Origin: Reclinomonas americana ATCC 50394
Taxonomy: Eukaryota
Reading direction: 5' to 3'
Assembly (NCBI GenBank): GCA_048213135.1
Contig: PS015097.1
Span: forward strand, 72,679 to 136,678
Length of the DNA stretch: 64,000 bases
The position numbers were made by a program, and so were the translations under genes. Below, in pieces: positions 27,001-39,701 of this stretch. The notes under the pieces were generated by a model. It had not been told where the DNA came from. It saw only the letters and a list, made by a program, of their open reading frames with translations, and searched no databases. Numbering within the stretch: position 1 is the stretch's first letter; each line of letters starts with the position of its first letter.

Positions 27001-30000
27001 CCAGCTTGCCCTCTGCATCGAACGTACTCTGCAAATCGAGCAATGGTGAGAGAGAGAGAAGAGGGGGATAAGGTGGAACAGGTCAAGGCTGATGGCAACC
27101 AACATACCGGGTTGACAAACACATTGATACGCGTCGTCGGCAGCTGCGACACCAGGGTCGTCAACAGGTGCAGCGAGAGCGGCACAATCGGCTTGAACGA
27201 GTCGCGGACAAAGAGCTCGGACACCATGTCCTCGTCGAGCACCTGTCACAGCAGCAGCAGCAGCAGGGTGGTGAGTCGCCGAGAACACCAACTATTCTGT
27301 TGTCTGTTTCCGCACCGTGTCTCGCATGTCCAACTGCTCGGGCGTGCTCTTGTTGAACACGTTGCGGAACACGTCGCTCACAGTCATGCACAGATCGACA
27401 ACACGCTCCGCCCAGGGCACGAGCTCGTGAGAGAGCGGTGCGCGGTCGCATGCCGACTGCAACACCAACAGAGCCGACATGACCTGCCGCTTGCTGGTGT
27501 TGTATCCGCTGCCAGCGGCAAGTTGGGCAAGTGCGTCCATAAAGGCGAACGATCCTGTGCAATGCACGAGCGCACACACACACACACAGAGTTTCCATCA
27601 GTCCATGCCTCCGCCACACCCAAAGCCAACTTTCACAGGTCACACACGCTCACCTGCTTCCACTTGCTCGCGGAGCACAGCGCCGAGTGCGTGATGCATC
27701 GTGGCGTTGACCTCGCAAATCACTGGCAGCTCCAGATGCAAGCGCAACACGCCATCATCCGAAGGCTTCGCCTCACCCAGCCCGTTGGTCAAGGTGCGCT
27801 CCACCGTGCCACAGGCGCGCCGCAGTGCACCGTACTGGGCTGGAAGCAGCGGTCCCAACAAGTGAACCACCACATATGACAGATAGGCCGTCTGCAGCAC
27901 GTTGGTGAGTTCTTCCGACACGTTTTTACATCCAGCATTCTTTTCGCATTCGCTTACCTTGCTGTACACAAACAGCAGCGGAAGCAAGGCCACAATAATG
28001 TCCACCAGATGCTCCTCATTAACGGCGCTGCGCAAGAGGAGCGACACCGATTCGTTGAGGATGGTTTGCGAGCGGGATTTCTGCAGAGGAAAGCAGTGAG
28101 TCAAGTGGCACTCCGCTGTCATCTGCAAGCATGCAAGTGCGCACACAAACCTGCTTGTAGCGCAGATTGCCGCGGACGAGTCGGCAGCACGTGCGGACCA
28201 GAAACGCATCGTCGTTCAGAACCTCGCGCAGTCCCACGAACCGCAGTGCAGCGAGGAGCACGCGATCGTCGTCGTCTTGAAGCAGCTCACGCAGGCTGGA
28301 GCTTACAAACTCGGCATCCTGATCAGCTCACGTCAGTGCACCACCACCACCATCAACACACTGTACATGCCGGCAGTCATACCATGTCGCCGGCATGCGA
28401 GCGAAGAATCGACATGGCACGGATGCGGATCGAGGGAAGCGGACTGCGCAGTGCCAGCCACAGCGTGGTCGACGTAGAGGACGACTCCAGCTCGCCGGCA
28501 GCAACAGCCTCGGCGACTGCATCCGCGTCCAACTTGATAACCGAGTGGCGACTCGCACCACCAAAAGCCAACTCGGTGAGTGCTTGCACCGAGTCGGCAA
28601 ACTTGGGCTTCTGCAGCAAGTTGTCGAAGCTCGTGTCCAGTGCCTGCGGGGCGCGCGACGAGATTGCTCGCAGCGCGTCGACCAGCACAGCTGCGTGTGC
28701 ACATACAGATAAGCAGACTGCCGCAACATGAGACAAAGCTGGCGGGGGGCGGCACCACATACCACTGGTCTCCTCCGCCGACGATGAACGACGGCTGTCC
28801 GCAATCGCACGCACGAGACCGTCGACATGCGGCGTCAGCACCTCAATGGGCAACTCACGCAGGGCGGTCACCACAAACTCGCCGAGCTTTGGGTGCTTTC
28901 TGTAAAATGCACGCACCAGTTGTGTCAGTTCTACACGGGTTCGGTACAAACTCGGCGACTGCTGGACGACTCACTCGTGGCCGCGCACGGCACTGCAGAG
29001 CAGCACATGCAGCAGGTCGCCGACTTTGTACTGCGACAGCACCTGCGTCAGCGACGCCAGCAGCGCCTGAGTGCCCTCGTGCAGCAGGTACTTGAAGTGT
29101 CGCTTGTAGCGCAGCGTGCCGAGACGGAAGCGGCCGGCCAGCAGCGCCAGGCAGCAGAGTGAATCGACAGGGATGTGGCGAGCGGCCATGCACACCGAGG
29201 TCGCCAAGTGTGCCACAACGTCGGCGGCCAGCGTGCATCGCACGCCCAGTTCGGTGCACACCACAAGGCCAGCCGCACGCAAGTCGGCGACCGACGACTG
29301 CAATGCGTCCGCCGCGAACGGTACGATAGCGCGCAGCATCGACTCGTGTGTCGGCGCGCGTGTGAGTACCTCCGAGCAGCACAAGGCGGCCAGCGAGTAC
29401 AACGCCTTGGCTGGGATGTTGAGTTTGCCATGCGCGACGGCGCCATCCAGCACGAATTGCAGCACTGGCGGCACGGCAATCATGTTGGTGACCAACACGA
29501 TGCGATTCAGCGACGTGCCGGCGTCGACCTGGCGGCCCAGGAACGCCCACATTGTGTCCCTGTCGAGACGGAGATTAGTGAAGCGGGAGGCGAAAGAGGA
29601 CATGAAGAATAGGAGCGCAACTTGACGGCCAGCAGCTGCACCAAACGCGCAAAGACGGGCGTCTCGTGGTACGGCAGCGCGCACGCGAGCAGTGCATCGA
29701 CGTTGTACAGATGTGCCCTGTTTGCCGCGTGCATGTCAGGCGAGGGCATCAGCGATCGACGTCGCGTGGCACACAGAAACGCAACTCGTACTTGCGAATG
29801 AGGTACTCGAGCACCTTGTGTGCCGACTTGAGCAAAAAGTACGGCGACATGAACTGCAGGAGCTGCTGCACGAGCTGATCGGTCGCCGCAGCCGACTGTG
29901 CGATAATGATCAAACGAGCAGCGTCAGCACACAAGCACACACGGAAAAGGAGAGTGATTGGCATCCATCAACGAACCTGCTTGGTCTGCAGATTGCGATC

Positions 30001-30225
30001 AAACGACGACGAGCTAGGTGCGAGGAGAGTGCGGCTGAACTTGTGGAAGCGACTGTCGAGCGAGCTCAGCTCCAACATGCCGGTCTCGGCCAGCTGCCGC
30101 ACGTCCTCGGTGGACAGTGCCGCCGCATCCGTCGGCGTGAACAGCAGCGACGGAAGACGCGGGAGCTGGGCGGCAGTGGCCGGCGCCTGCAGCTTCTGCA
30201 GCTGCGCGAACAGAGCCGTCGACAT
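21004..30225 (-). CDS. UTP10: U3 snoRNA-associated protein 10 / HEATR1 (about 30 exons)
   Basis: N-terminus MSTALFAQLQKL...PSLLF, SPYFLLKSAHKVLEYLIRKYE|AHLYNVDALLACALPYHET. C-terminal BP28CT-like LLRLNEKRFQPIY and EFLVLLPDSISTLAELMDDDSAEVE...GEDLSQYFK*. Confidence 0.95.
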
Positions 30226-30227
30226 TG

Positions 30228-30421
30228 CTGCAGCAGAGAGAAAGAGTTGAGCGGGTGTGCGTGTGTGCGAGTCTGTGCATGTGCATGTGCACGAACAACA
30301 CAGGACACCCTTTCGCCTCTTTCCCTCACGCGCCCCACCGTCTCTCACTCTCTCCGTTCCACAGCCACTCTAGTTGCACATATACACACGCACGGCTGAG
30401 TGAACGCACGATCCCACTCAC
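30228..30421 (-). other. Probable 5'-UTR intron of UTP10
   Basis: Minus-strand AAG|GTGAGT donor at 30421 and a pyrimidine-rich CTGCAG acceptor 2 nt before the ATG. Confidence 0.55.
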
Positions 30422-30597
30422 CTTCTCTCTCTAAGATCCCGATTGACCGATTGCGCAATTGCGATGTGATGACTCAGTATGACAACTTCGTTCGTGGGTG
30501 AACGGCACGCCAGTGTTTCAACAGCCTTCATTACACCGGTCACCGTGGGCTTGATACCTGAACTGGTGAGTTCGGAGGCGTCATACAGGGCCATAGA

Positions 30598-33500
30598 ATG
30601 GACGTTGTGAGCCGGGCGCGATCGCTCACCGGGGACGTCGTGCTCTCTGCGTTGGATCATGTGATCCACGAGTTCACACTGCAGCAGACGCAGCAGCCAC
30701 TGGCACCGGTGCGCGTGACGATGTTTGTGCGCGCGCGTGTCCTCCTCCTCATCGTGATCACAGATGCGTCCGGCCACGCTGCGCAGTGTGTGGATCGCCA
30801 CTGTGGCCGAGGTACGGCGGCTCTCTGAACAGCAGCTGCTGCAGCAAGTGCAGGGAGAGGAGGCAGAGGAGGAAGAGGCAGCAGTCACCGATGCTCGATT
30901 CACGATGACCACCGACGATTGGATGCTGGAGCGACCGCCTCCGCAGCGCCGGCGATCGCGCCCTGCCAGTGCCAGTGTCGCAGTGAATGCTCGCTCCCGA
31001 CCTGCACCACCGCCACAGCAGCAGGGAAATAGCAGTGGTGGTGGTGGTGGTGGTGGAGGAGGAGCGCGAGCTGCACCACCGGTGGTGTATGTGTCATCGT
31101 CGCCCAAGTCGTCGGCGACTCTTCAGCCCGTGGCACCTGCCTTGCATTTGCCTCCACATAGTGCGAGAAGCTACTCGCTGCCTCGTCATTCGGCCACTGC
31201 TCGCTCCTCGCAGGCGTCCGCCGATCGCCTCTCGGAGCGCGATCAAGTGCATATCTCATTTTCGTGTGTGTGTTGTCATGCCCGCCTGTTCATTATTGTT
31301 GCCCTGTGTCGCCCGTCACAGTTCCTGTCGATGCACCACTTGGTGGAGGAGCACGTCCGCCGTTTCAGTGTGGCCATTGAGACGTTGCGGTCGACAGTGT
31401 ATCGCGAGATGGTCATGTGGCGTAATCGCGCGCTGCGCCTGCATCCGACGGCCACCGACGAGGTCGATCAGCAGATCTTCTCCACGCTGCACGAGTTTGT
31501 GGACAACCATCTGGCCACATTGGTCGGTCACGCCACCTCGGTGGAGAGCCAGATCAAGGACTCGGTGCGCGAACAAGTGCAACTGGAGAGCATCGCCTCC
31601 GATCGGTATGACTTGGTTGGTGGTTTCTGCCGCGGTTGCAAGTCGAAGCGCTCACCGCAGCGTGCGTGTTATCTCTTCTGTGTTCACCAAGTGCGCGCTA
31701 CGTGTGCACTCTGCTCGTGCACCGCATCAACCAGGTATGCAACACGCTGTGCCGTCCATACTTGCTTGTCTCATCCGCTCGCCCCCGACAGGTGTGCGAC
31801 ATTTTGGACCGCGAGATGGAGTTGGGAACACAGCTGCCACTGCGACGAGCCAACAAGATTGTGGCGACGGTGCGCGCGGCACTGAATCTGGCGAAGGATC
31901 TGCGACCGGACGAGGAGGTGCCCTTGTCGCAGACGCAGCTGGAGACTCTCATGTCACTCGGCCTTCCATCGGCGACTGAGTCGGGTCGGCAGCTGCGCCT
32001 GGCGGGCCACTGGTCACCGCAAACATCGTCCTCTGCCGCGTCGTCGGCCCGGAATCGTGCCGCCGGAGACGACACTCACAGCGATGTGCATGATGGAATG
32101 ACGAAAGCACAAGGCCGACCGCCAGGCGAGCCCTTTGACGAGCAGCGTGTTGAGCAGGTCGGCAAGTTGTGGTTCTGCATATCACATGTTTCCTGTGTTG
32201 ACGGTGATGCCTCGGTCGCAGTCGGATCGGCGTGTGGACCAGCTGCTGGCTCTCCTGCAAGGCGAGTTCATTGTTGCGGGTTCTCGCTCTGACGGATCAG
32301 TCATTCATTCACGAGTGCACAGAGCTGAGCGATGAGCTGGAGAGTGGCGGCGCCGACGAAGACAATCAGACGCCGTGGGATCGTGTACAGGATCGACTGC
32401 GATATGTCATTGAAGAGGACAAGTTGGCAAATGTTGCGTCTGTGTGTCACACTTCCACCTGTAATTCATGCTGCTTCTCACTCTGGCGCAGCAAGACGTA
32501 ATGTCGGTGATCACAGCGGTCCGTCTGTGCATCAGCGAAGCCAATCGCTGCGTACGATTCGCACTGCAAATGTCGCCTGGTGGCATCACACCTCACGCTC
32601 CACTTGCAGGCGTCTTGTCTCCGCACGCCGACAACGATCCTTCTGTCGGCATGCAAGCCATGTTGCATCGCCTGGCCTCGCTGTCACTCCGTTCAGAGTA
32701 CGCAATTCAACAGTCGCGACTTAACGCAGTTATCAGCGATCGGCAGGTGAGTGACTGGGCGTATGAGTGCGCAGGCTAGTCGTTGCTCACCTGCAGCGTC
32801 GCCAGGAACCAGTGGTCACGGATCCCGTGTGCATCGTAGCGATGCGCGTGTACTCGAGGTTTGGCGATTCCTCTCTAGCCTGTAAGATGACGCGCTCATT
32901 CATGCGACTGCGTGCAGTCAGCCGCTGTGGGAAGAACTCAGCGTCGGCATGCGCGACACCCTGCAAGTGTACCATAATGGTACAGTGTTGCACGCTCCCA
33001 TGCCACAGTATGTCGAAGACTACGCATGCTGACTTCATTCCTGCCGTGTAGTGTGGAATCGTGTGCTGACCGCCAACAGCGGTGAGTTTTCCCTCTGTCA
33101 GTCGCCGCGTCGGCGCTGTCGATTCTCACCACTCTCCCTATTGGCAGGATACGATGTGCGAGTGGATGGCGACGCATGTCTGCTGGTGCGACAAGCCTCC
33201 CTACTAACCTTTTGTTGCCGCTTGTCCCTGACACACATCTGTGTCGGTGCACAGGGATTCGGTCGAATTGCAGATGCGGTCAAGGTGAGCGCCTTTCTTG
33301 CTTGATGCCCAGTTGCAGAATGGCTTCTCATGCTGCATTTCGCACAGTTTGCATGCCAAATGCAGGCGCGTGCTCGACTGCACAGCGCTCGCCATGTCTC
33401 CCACTCAACTCATCAACTTTCATCACAGGATGAACTGAACGCCGCCGAGTGGCCTGAACAGCTGCTGCAGACGTCGGCTGGCGAGACACTGGAGTGGGTA

Positions 33501-36357
33501 CCGGATGGCGGCGACGACGATGACGACCCGATACGCCCGATACTCGTGTTCCGCGGCCTCCGAGTTCAAATGGGTATCACCTACTCGCTGGTCGAGTGGT
33601 GGCGCGATCCGAACACGACCCGGCTCCAGCTGTATGGCGAGGCAGTTGATCGCGCCATCCGCCTTCGTGGTGCGTTGTGCTGTGAGTGTCGGCAGCCTGC
33701 CTCCACCTTGGGGTGACTGACGAGAGAGCATTGAGCAGACATGGCACCGCCCGGATGCCCACTGCTAGATCGGCACGTGGTCGAACCGTTGCGCGAGATG
33801 CTGCAGCGATACTACGCACAGTCCGACGAAGTGCTGCGCTCGGTGACGCTGACCGACTCGCCAATACGCGTAGTTCTCCATGTGCGTATGCATATCTGTC
33901 TCTTCGTCGGTGCAGTCCTTGTGGGCACATTCTCATTAGTTGCACGACAGGCGGTGTCTGGCGAAGCGGAGATTGTCACAACCATGTTGCCGGGTCATTT
34001 GGTCGGTGGCCGTGGTGGCAGTCAACCGTTGCAAGAGTCTGCAGCCGGCGACACGTCGGTACTGAGGACTGCTCCCACCGTGTGTGATTGCATGTGTTGT
34101 GTTGATGACGGCTGGTGTGGCAGGCTGTGGAACCGCTGCTGTTGCAGCTGGCCGAGTCATTTACGGGGGAAGTTCTGGCCACCAAGCGTGAGCTACGGTA
34201 CGTGCCACGTCTCGGTCGTCGCCACCAACAGAACGACCGTTTTCATCTGTCGCATTTGCAGGACGGTAACACGCTTGCTACGCGATGCATTGGACGCCTT
34301 GCTGGTGGCACACGGATCGCTCGAAACCAAGCTGTCACCACCACCCATGCATCAGTGGTAAGTTGTCATGGTGTGTGTCGCACGCACGACGTTGGAGCTC
34401 ACGTAGTTTTGCAGCGACGACGCCGCAATTCAAACCGAGCCAATGGTGGCGCCTGCGGTTCGCTGTCTCGTTCCATCGAGCGAGTTGATTCACGTCGGTA
34501 CGCCGCGAGCTTGCTTGCTTCATGCAGACATTTGACATGTGCGCTCACCAAGCTGATCCACTCTGTTGTGATGGCAGATGACATTGTCGACAGTTGTGTG
34601 TGTGTGTCATGACACTCCATGTGCGTTTGTGCAATACCACTCACATTGTTCGCGACAGATCCTGAGCACGCGTTGCCGATGAGCGACTTGAGGACCCTCG
34701 AGGATCGCGTCAGGTGCTGTGTGGTGAATCCCCACGTGCCGACACTTGCAGTGACTCACAAATGTGTCAGCCAATCTGCTCTCGCCATCAACACCCACAT
34801 GCAAGCGTCCTCCAACGAGGAGGCCACACAGGAGCAGTCGGGTGCGTGCCGTCCCCTGTCACCTTGATGCTCAGCTGTTGACTGACGTTGGCAAGCGAAT
34901 GCAGACGCGGTGGATGGCATCGAGCATCACATGGAACTGCTGGCGCAAGTGTTCAATCGCGTGCGCTGGGACTACTCGTACCTGCAACTCGATCGCTCTG
35001 CATCTCCCGAGCCTGAGGAGGAGCGGTTAGCTCGTTTCTCTGCGCGCTCAGCGGCGACAACCCGCGTCGATGTCGGCGTGCAAGTCGAGTCAGTGGCCAG
35101 GTTCTCACTTCATTCTGCAGTCAGCGATCTCCGTCTCCGCCTGTCCACCGTGCCTCACTGTTTGTGTCGCAGAGTGACGGAGCTTGTGCAGACACCACTG
35201 TTCATTCAGGGTCCAGTTGTTTCCACACAACGCAGTTCACGCGATCAGCGGCTTCAGACGCCGCCACCACCACTCCCGCAACCTCCACCAGTTGTGGTCA
35301 GCAGCGAATCACCACCTATCTCCGCTTCGCGTCATCGCCGCAACAGCGACGACGACCACGTGCCGGTCGACGAAGTGTCCCCGTCGCTGTTGCAGCACCG
35401 GTTGCTGTCGCGTCGCCTCTCGGAGCGACTCGAGCAGCTGAGTGTGCCGCGTCACACGCGACCAAAGCACATGACAGGTGCGTCGCAGAGTGCGATGGAG
35501 TGGTTACATGGCACTGACTGGACAGTTTGTCGATGCAGCGAGTGGTGAACGAGTGTCGACGACAGTTGCGCACGCAACACGCTTGCTGTGCGGATTGCTG
35601 GCGGCTGACTCTCTTCTCATGCACAGACCATGGACATGATGGGATGGCGACGAAGCAGCGAGGAGAATATGCCGTGGCCCACGGCACTGCATCTCGATTC
35701 GGCCACCGACGATCCTCCCTTGCCGTCGACGGCTGGTGCGATGTCCTCGTAGTTTCTTACTGTCGACATCCGATTGACATTGTGTGTGCAGTTGGCGGTC
35801 ATGTTCCGTCCACCATGGAACTGTACCGGCGCTTGGCCGCAGGAAGTGGCGGCAATCCATTTGGTCCCTCGGCCACTGAATCGCAGACACCGACGGCCGC
35901 CGGCAAGCGACAGCAGCGACCGCGGTCAGCATCGGTGGAACGGCGAGAGCCACGAGTGTACGCCTCCCCCATCAGCCCGCCAGCCGCCAGCCGTTCTCGT
36001 CCAGCGTCCGCCAATCGCGTGTCGACGGCTCGAAGTCGCCTGTCGACTTCGGTCGAAAGCGCCACCTTTGTGTCTTCACAGGCTCCGTCCCGACTACTTG
36101 TAACAGCACGCTCGTCGTCCGCCTACGCCCACTGGTCGCTGTATCCGATGCTTCAGCTGGTTCGTTCCACAGTCGATATTGTTGTCGGTCGCATCACTGA
36201 CGACTTTGCTTGGCAGGCCACCTCGCATCACCAGTCTGATATTGACGAAGAAGTTGGTGTCGAGGCTACGGCGACGAAGCGTCGCGTACGGCGGTCGAAC
36301 GATGGCGATGCGGAGGAGCAGCAGCCGGAGGCAGATGACTTCGGAGCACCGTCATGA
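30598..36357 (+). CDS. Large multi-exon protein with a degenerate class III adenylyl cyclase domain (fungal/trypanosome type)
   Basis: Spliced domain at about 32800-33800: PVCIVAMRVYSSQPLWEE...GYDVRVDGDACLLGF...FACQMQDELNAAEWP...VFRGLRVQMGI...RDPNTTRLQLYGEAVDRAIRL. Flanks are low-complexity or helical. A single-gene span is inferred. Confidence 0.65.
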
Positions 36358-36439
36358 ATGAATTGCACAAAAGTCTTGTTTGACGTCCCCGTCCCTCCAT
36401 ATCGTTCACGTTTGTATTGGTGCATTATCGAGCAGCCGC

Positions 36440-39400
36440 CATGGACGTGACGAATGCCAACTTCAAAGAGGGTCTGCACAGGCACACACACACATAGTCG
36501 CACTCACGCACATGGCGCTGACTGCATTTACCCGACAGCGCTGGAGCTCTTCGAATCGCTGCTTCCGCGCGCCTCGTTTGCAGCACTGGACATGGAGGTG
36601 TGTGTGTGTTGCAGATCTTGCGTGCAACATCCACAGAGAGAGAGAAAGAGGTGTCTCTGACAAGAGTGCATTCGCAGATGACGGGTCTCGTTCCGGATGC
36701 GAATGCCAGCAAGTGGGGTCGATCGGATGCACGTTCCAACATTCATTCCATGGACAGCTGGCAAGAGCGCTACGCCAAGCTGCGGTACAGTGCACAGTCG
36801 TTCCTCGCGCAACAGGTGGGCATCTGCCTGTTTGTGGCCGACGGAATCGCCCAAGAGGCCGACGAGGAGGATGAAGACGGCAGCGATGTGCAGCGGGGGT
36901 GGGTGGCGTATCCGTTCAACATTTACGGTGTGTTGCGTGTGCATGCAAAGAGATCTTCTTGGTTCCACCCTTACTTCCCCCACACACGATGCAGTGTTCC
37001 CCGGTCCGCCCGACGGCAACGTGCGTGCGGCATACGATCCGCGGTTCTTGTGTCAAGCGTCCAGGTTTGTTCAATTGCATGCCGCCCTTCTGTATCCCCA
37101 TCTCCAACCTCGATGATGGTCTTGGCAGTATGCGTTTCCTGCGCAGCTGCGGCTACGACTTCAACAAGACGATCAGCGAAGGTACTCACAGGTGCTTGTC
37201 GTCCGGCAATGCATGTGCCTGAAGTTGTTCCCCCCCACGCAGGTGTCTCGTACTATCCCAAAGTGGCCGCCGATCGTGTGTGGCGCGAGTCGGAGGACAC
37301 AATCAGCGTCGACGACGGCCTCATCTCTGTGCAGCGTTGCGTGCTGCTTCGCAATCGGAAGCGGGGGCACGTGATGGTCACTGTTTGAGTTGCACACAGA
37401 GGCGGCGGATGTGGCGTTTGTGGCGCACTTGCGCGAGAAACTCGACATTTTTGTGGCCACTGGCGTCGACGACTTTGCTGCAGTGCGCATGGAGTTGGAC
37501 GCGGAGGAGGCGGCGCGTGCGCAACAGCAACAACCACAGCAGCAACGACAAGGTCGTGGTGGTGGCGCTGGCGGCGGCCGAGGTGGTCGACGAAACTGTG
37601 CGTGTGGTCGTCGTCGAGAGAGTAAGTATTGCACGCGTCGCACTCACTGTCGTGTATGCAGCTGGCCGGCAACCGCAACCCACGGCCGCAGCACCCGAAG
37701 CCGAGGAAGGAGAGGAGCGTGCAGGACCATCGGTGCCGACGCTTTCGCTGCGTGTGAACAGTCCGTTCCGTCGCAAGGTGTGTGGCACTGTGAGACAATC
37801 CGCGCTGTGCTACTCTCTGCTGACACGGTGGTGCGCGGTAGCTGGCCTACAATCTCATCGAGAACTGGTCAGTGTGACGCGAGTCATTATCTGCACTCAG
37901 CCGCACTCACCTCGCATCACACAGCTTCCCGCAACTGGCCGCCGAGACTCAACAGATCGGGTACGATCGCTTCTTGCACATCAAACTCATGAGCCAAGAG
38001 GAGGTGGCCAAATTCAAGGCAAACAAGCGGCAGGAGCGCATGGTTTGTGGGCATACGCCCCTTGCTTTTGGCTTGACCTGGCTGGCTGACCACCACCTGT
38101 GCGATGGCAGGAGGCGCATGAGCGACTCATCGGAGTCACCAAGTTTGTGCAGCTGCTGTCGGAGTCTCGCATGCCGGTGGTGGTGCACAATGGTCTCTCC
38201 GACGCGCCGTCTTTCTGTACGTTGCCTTCACGCGCTGACTCGCCCGCTCTGCAGGTGCTCTCGACATGTTCCACGCGTACAACAAGTTCTGGGACGACCT
38301 GCCAGAGACAGTTGCGCCCAGCACGCGCTTGTACGACGTAGGCTACTGTGTCGCTCATTCGCGTGCGCAGGTGCTGGAGTTCCGTCGTTCGTTCCACGGA
38401 CTGTTTTCGACATTTTTCGACACAAAGCAGCTGGCCAGCTCGCACAACAAACTGCGAGTTGCGTGCATCGATCGCACTTGTTTTCTATGTGTGTCTGCTC
38501 ACGAGTTTGAACAGGATTACTCGCAAGACACGGTACTGGCTGGCCTGCAGGAGTCCCTGGCTGCTGCACACCCGAACTTGCTGCACGTGTCGCTGGCAGA
38601 GGGGTTCGATGCGTACGCAGTCGACTCTGCACACGAGGCGGGCTTCGACGCCTATCTGACCGGCGCCATCTTTGCGCGCTTCCTTGCTTGTTGCGCTGCC
38701 TGTGATTTTTTCCCTGTGGCGTCTTTCTTTTCTCACCACCGACTCTTTCCGATGACAGTGCTGCACCCGGGCGAGCAGACGGTGGTGGCGCGTGATGCGT
38801 TCCTGGCCATGGCGCGCACCAGTCCGCAACTCTCGCAACACGTCTCGCGGCTGTACATGATGCGCATGAAGATGGCCTTCGATTTGTCGGAGGCCACCAG
38901 CCTCTCACAGCCTGAGCCTGATCGCTCGCAGTGCTACACCTACAGCAACTTCCCGCCCGAGACCGTCACCAACGACATTATCGGATTGTTCCGCACACGA
39001 CTGGATTGCTACGTGCGCGTCATCTGGGAGACCGACACGTTGCGTGTGGTGCTTTGCGGAGTTGTTTATATGTGCGTGTCTGTGCACAAACTCATGCACG
39101 CATTGGTGCACTACCGCAGTCAGTGCATTGTGGAGGTCTCGAACCGGCTGCTGAATGCGGCCACGGTGCTGCAGCGCATGGCGGATGTGCTGCCACCGGG
39201 CACCAGCCTGCAGCCTGTCGAAAACGGTGCTGCATCGGCCGCGTCTGCTGCTGCTGCCGCCGCCGCTGCTGCTGCCGCTGCTGCTTCGGCCGCCGCATTT
39301 GGCACTGGGGTCGGCACGTCCCAAGCCTCGCCTCCACCAGCCGCTGCCGCCAAGGTTCTCGGCAAGCGCCCGAGACAGCAAGGTACGTGCACTGCATCAA

Positions 39401-39573
39401 ACTAATTCACGCACACGCCCTCACCTCTGCAAACGCACGCAGGTCTCGGTGCATCGTCAGCGGCTGCAATCGATGTCGATGCGGCTCCACAGCCGGCCAT
39501 GAAGCGTGGCAGGACCGTGCCTGGCACGACCGCCGCCGATCTCGACCGTTCCACGCCGTGTAGCATCATGTAA
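36440..39573 (+). CDS. PARN: Poly(A)-specific ribonuclease PARN family (CAF1/DEDD nuclease, R3H-like insert, RRM-like domain), ending in CSIM
   Basis: MDVTNANFKE...FAALDMEMTGL, QVGICLF, AYPFNIY|VF, CQASS|MRFLRSCGYDFNKTISEG, VVVHNGALD, FFDTK, SAHEAGFDAYLTG. The DEDD acidic residues are present. Confidence 0.92.
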
Positions 39574-39701
39574 GAGACGTCGCGGGCACGTTAGAAGTGC
39601 AACACGGGAAGCGGACTTGTTATCAGTAATGTATTCCACCGTTCCCATTTGCCAGCCTGATCCACGGAAATTGCAGGTTGATTTCGCGACAAGTGAGTGT
39701 C

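Noticed and set aside
30226-30260. Spliced-leader trans-splicing acceptors just upstream of ATGs (UTP10, RPL24, 43658)
   Set aside because: Each has a good cis donor a short distance upstream (30421-, about 50083, 43584), so ordinary cis-introns explain them.
22455-30399. Numerous long antisense and overlapping ORFs in the supplied track
   Set aside because: These are shadow ORFs expected in GC-rich coding DNA, with no recognisable domains; real exons lie on the opposite strand or frame.
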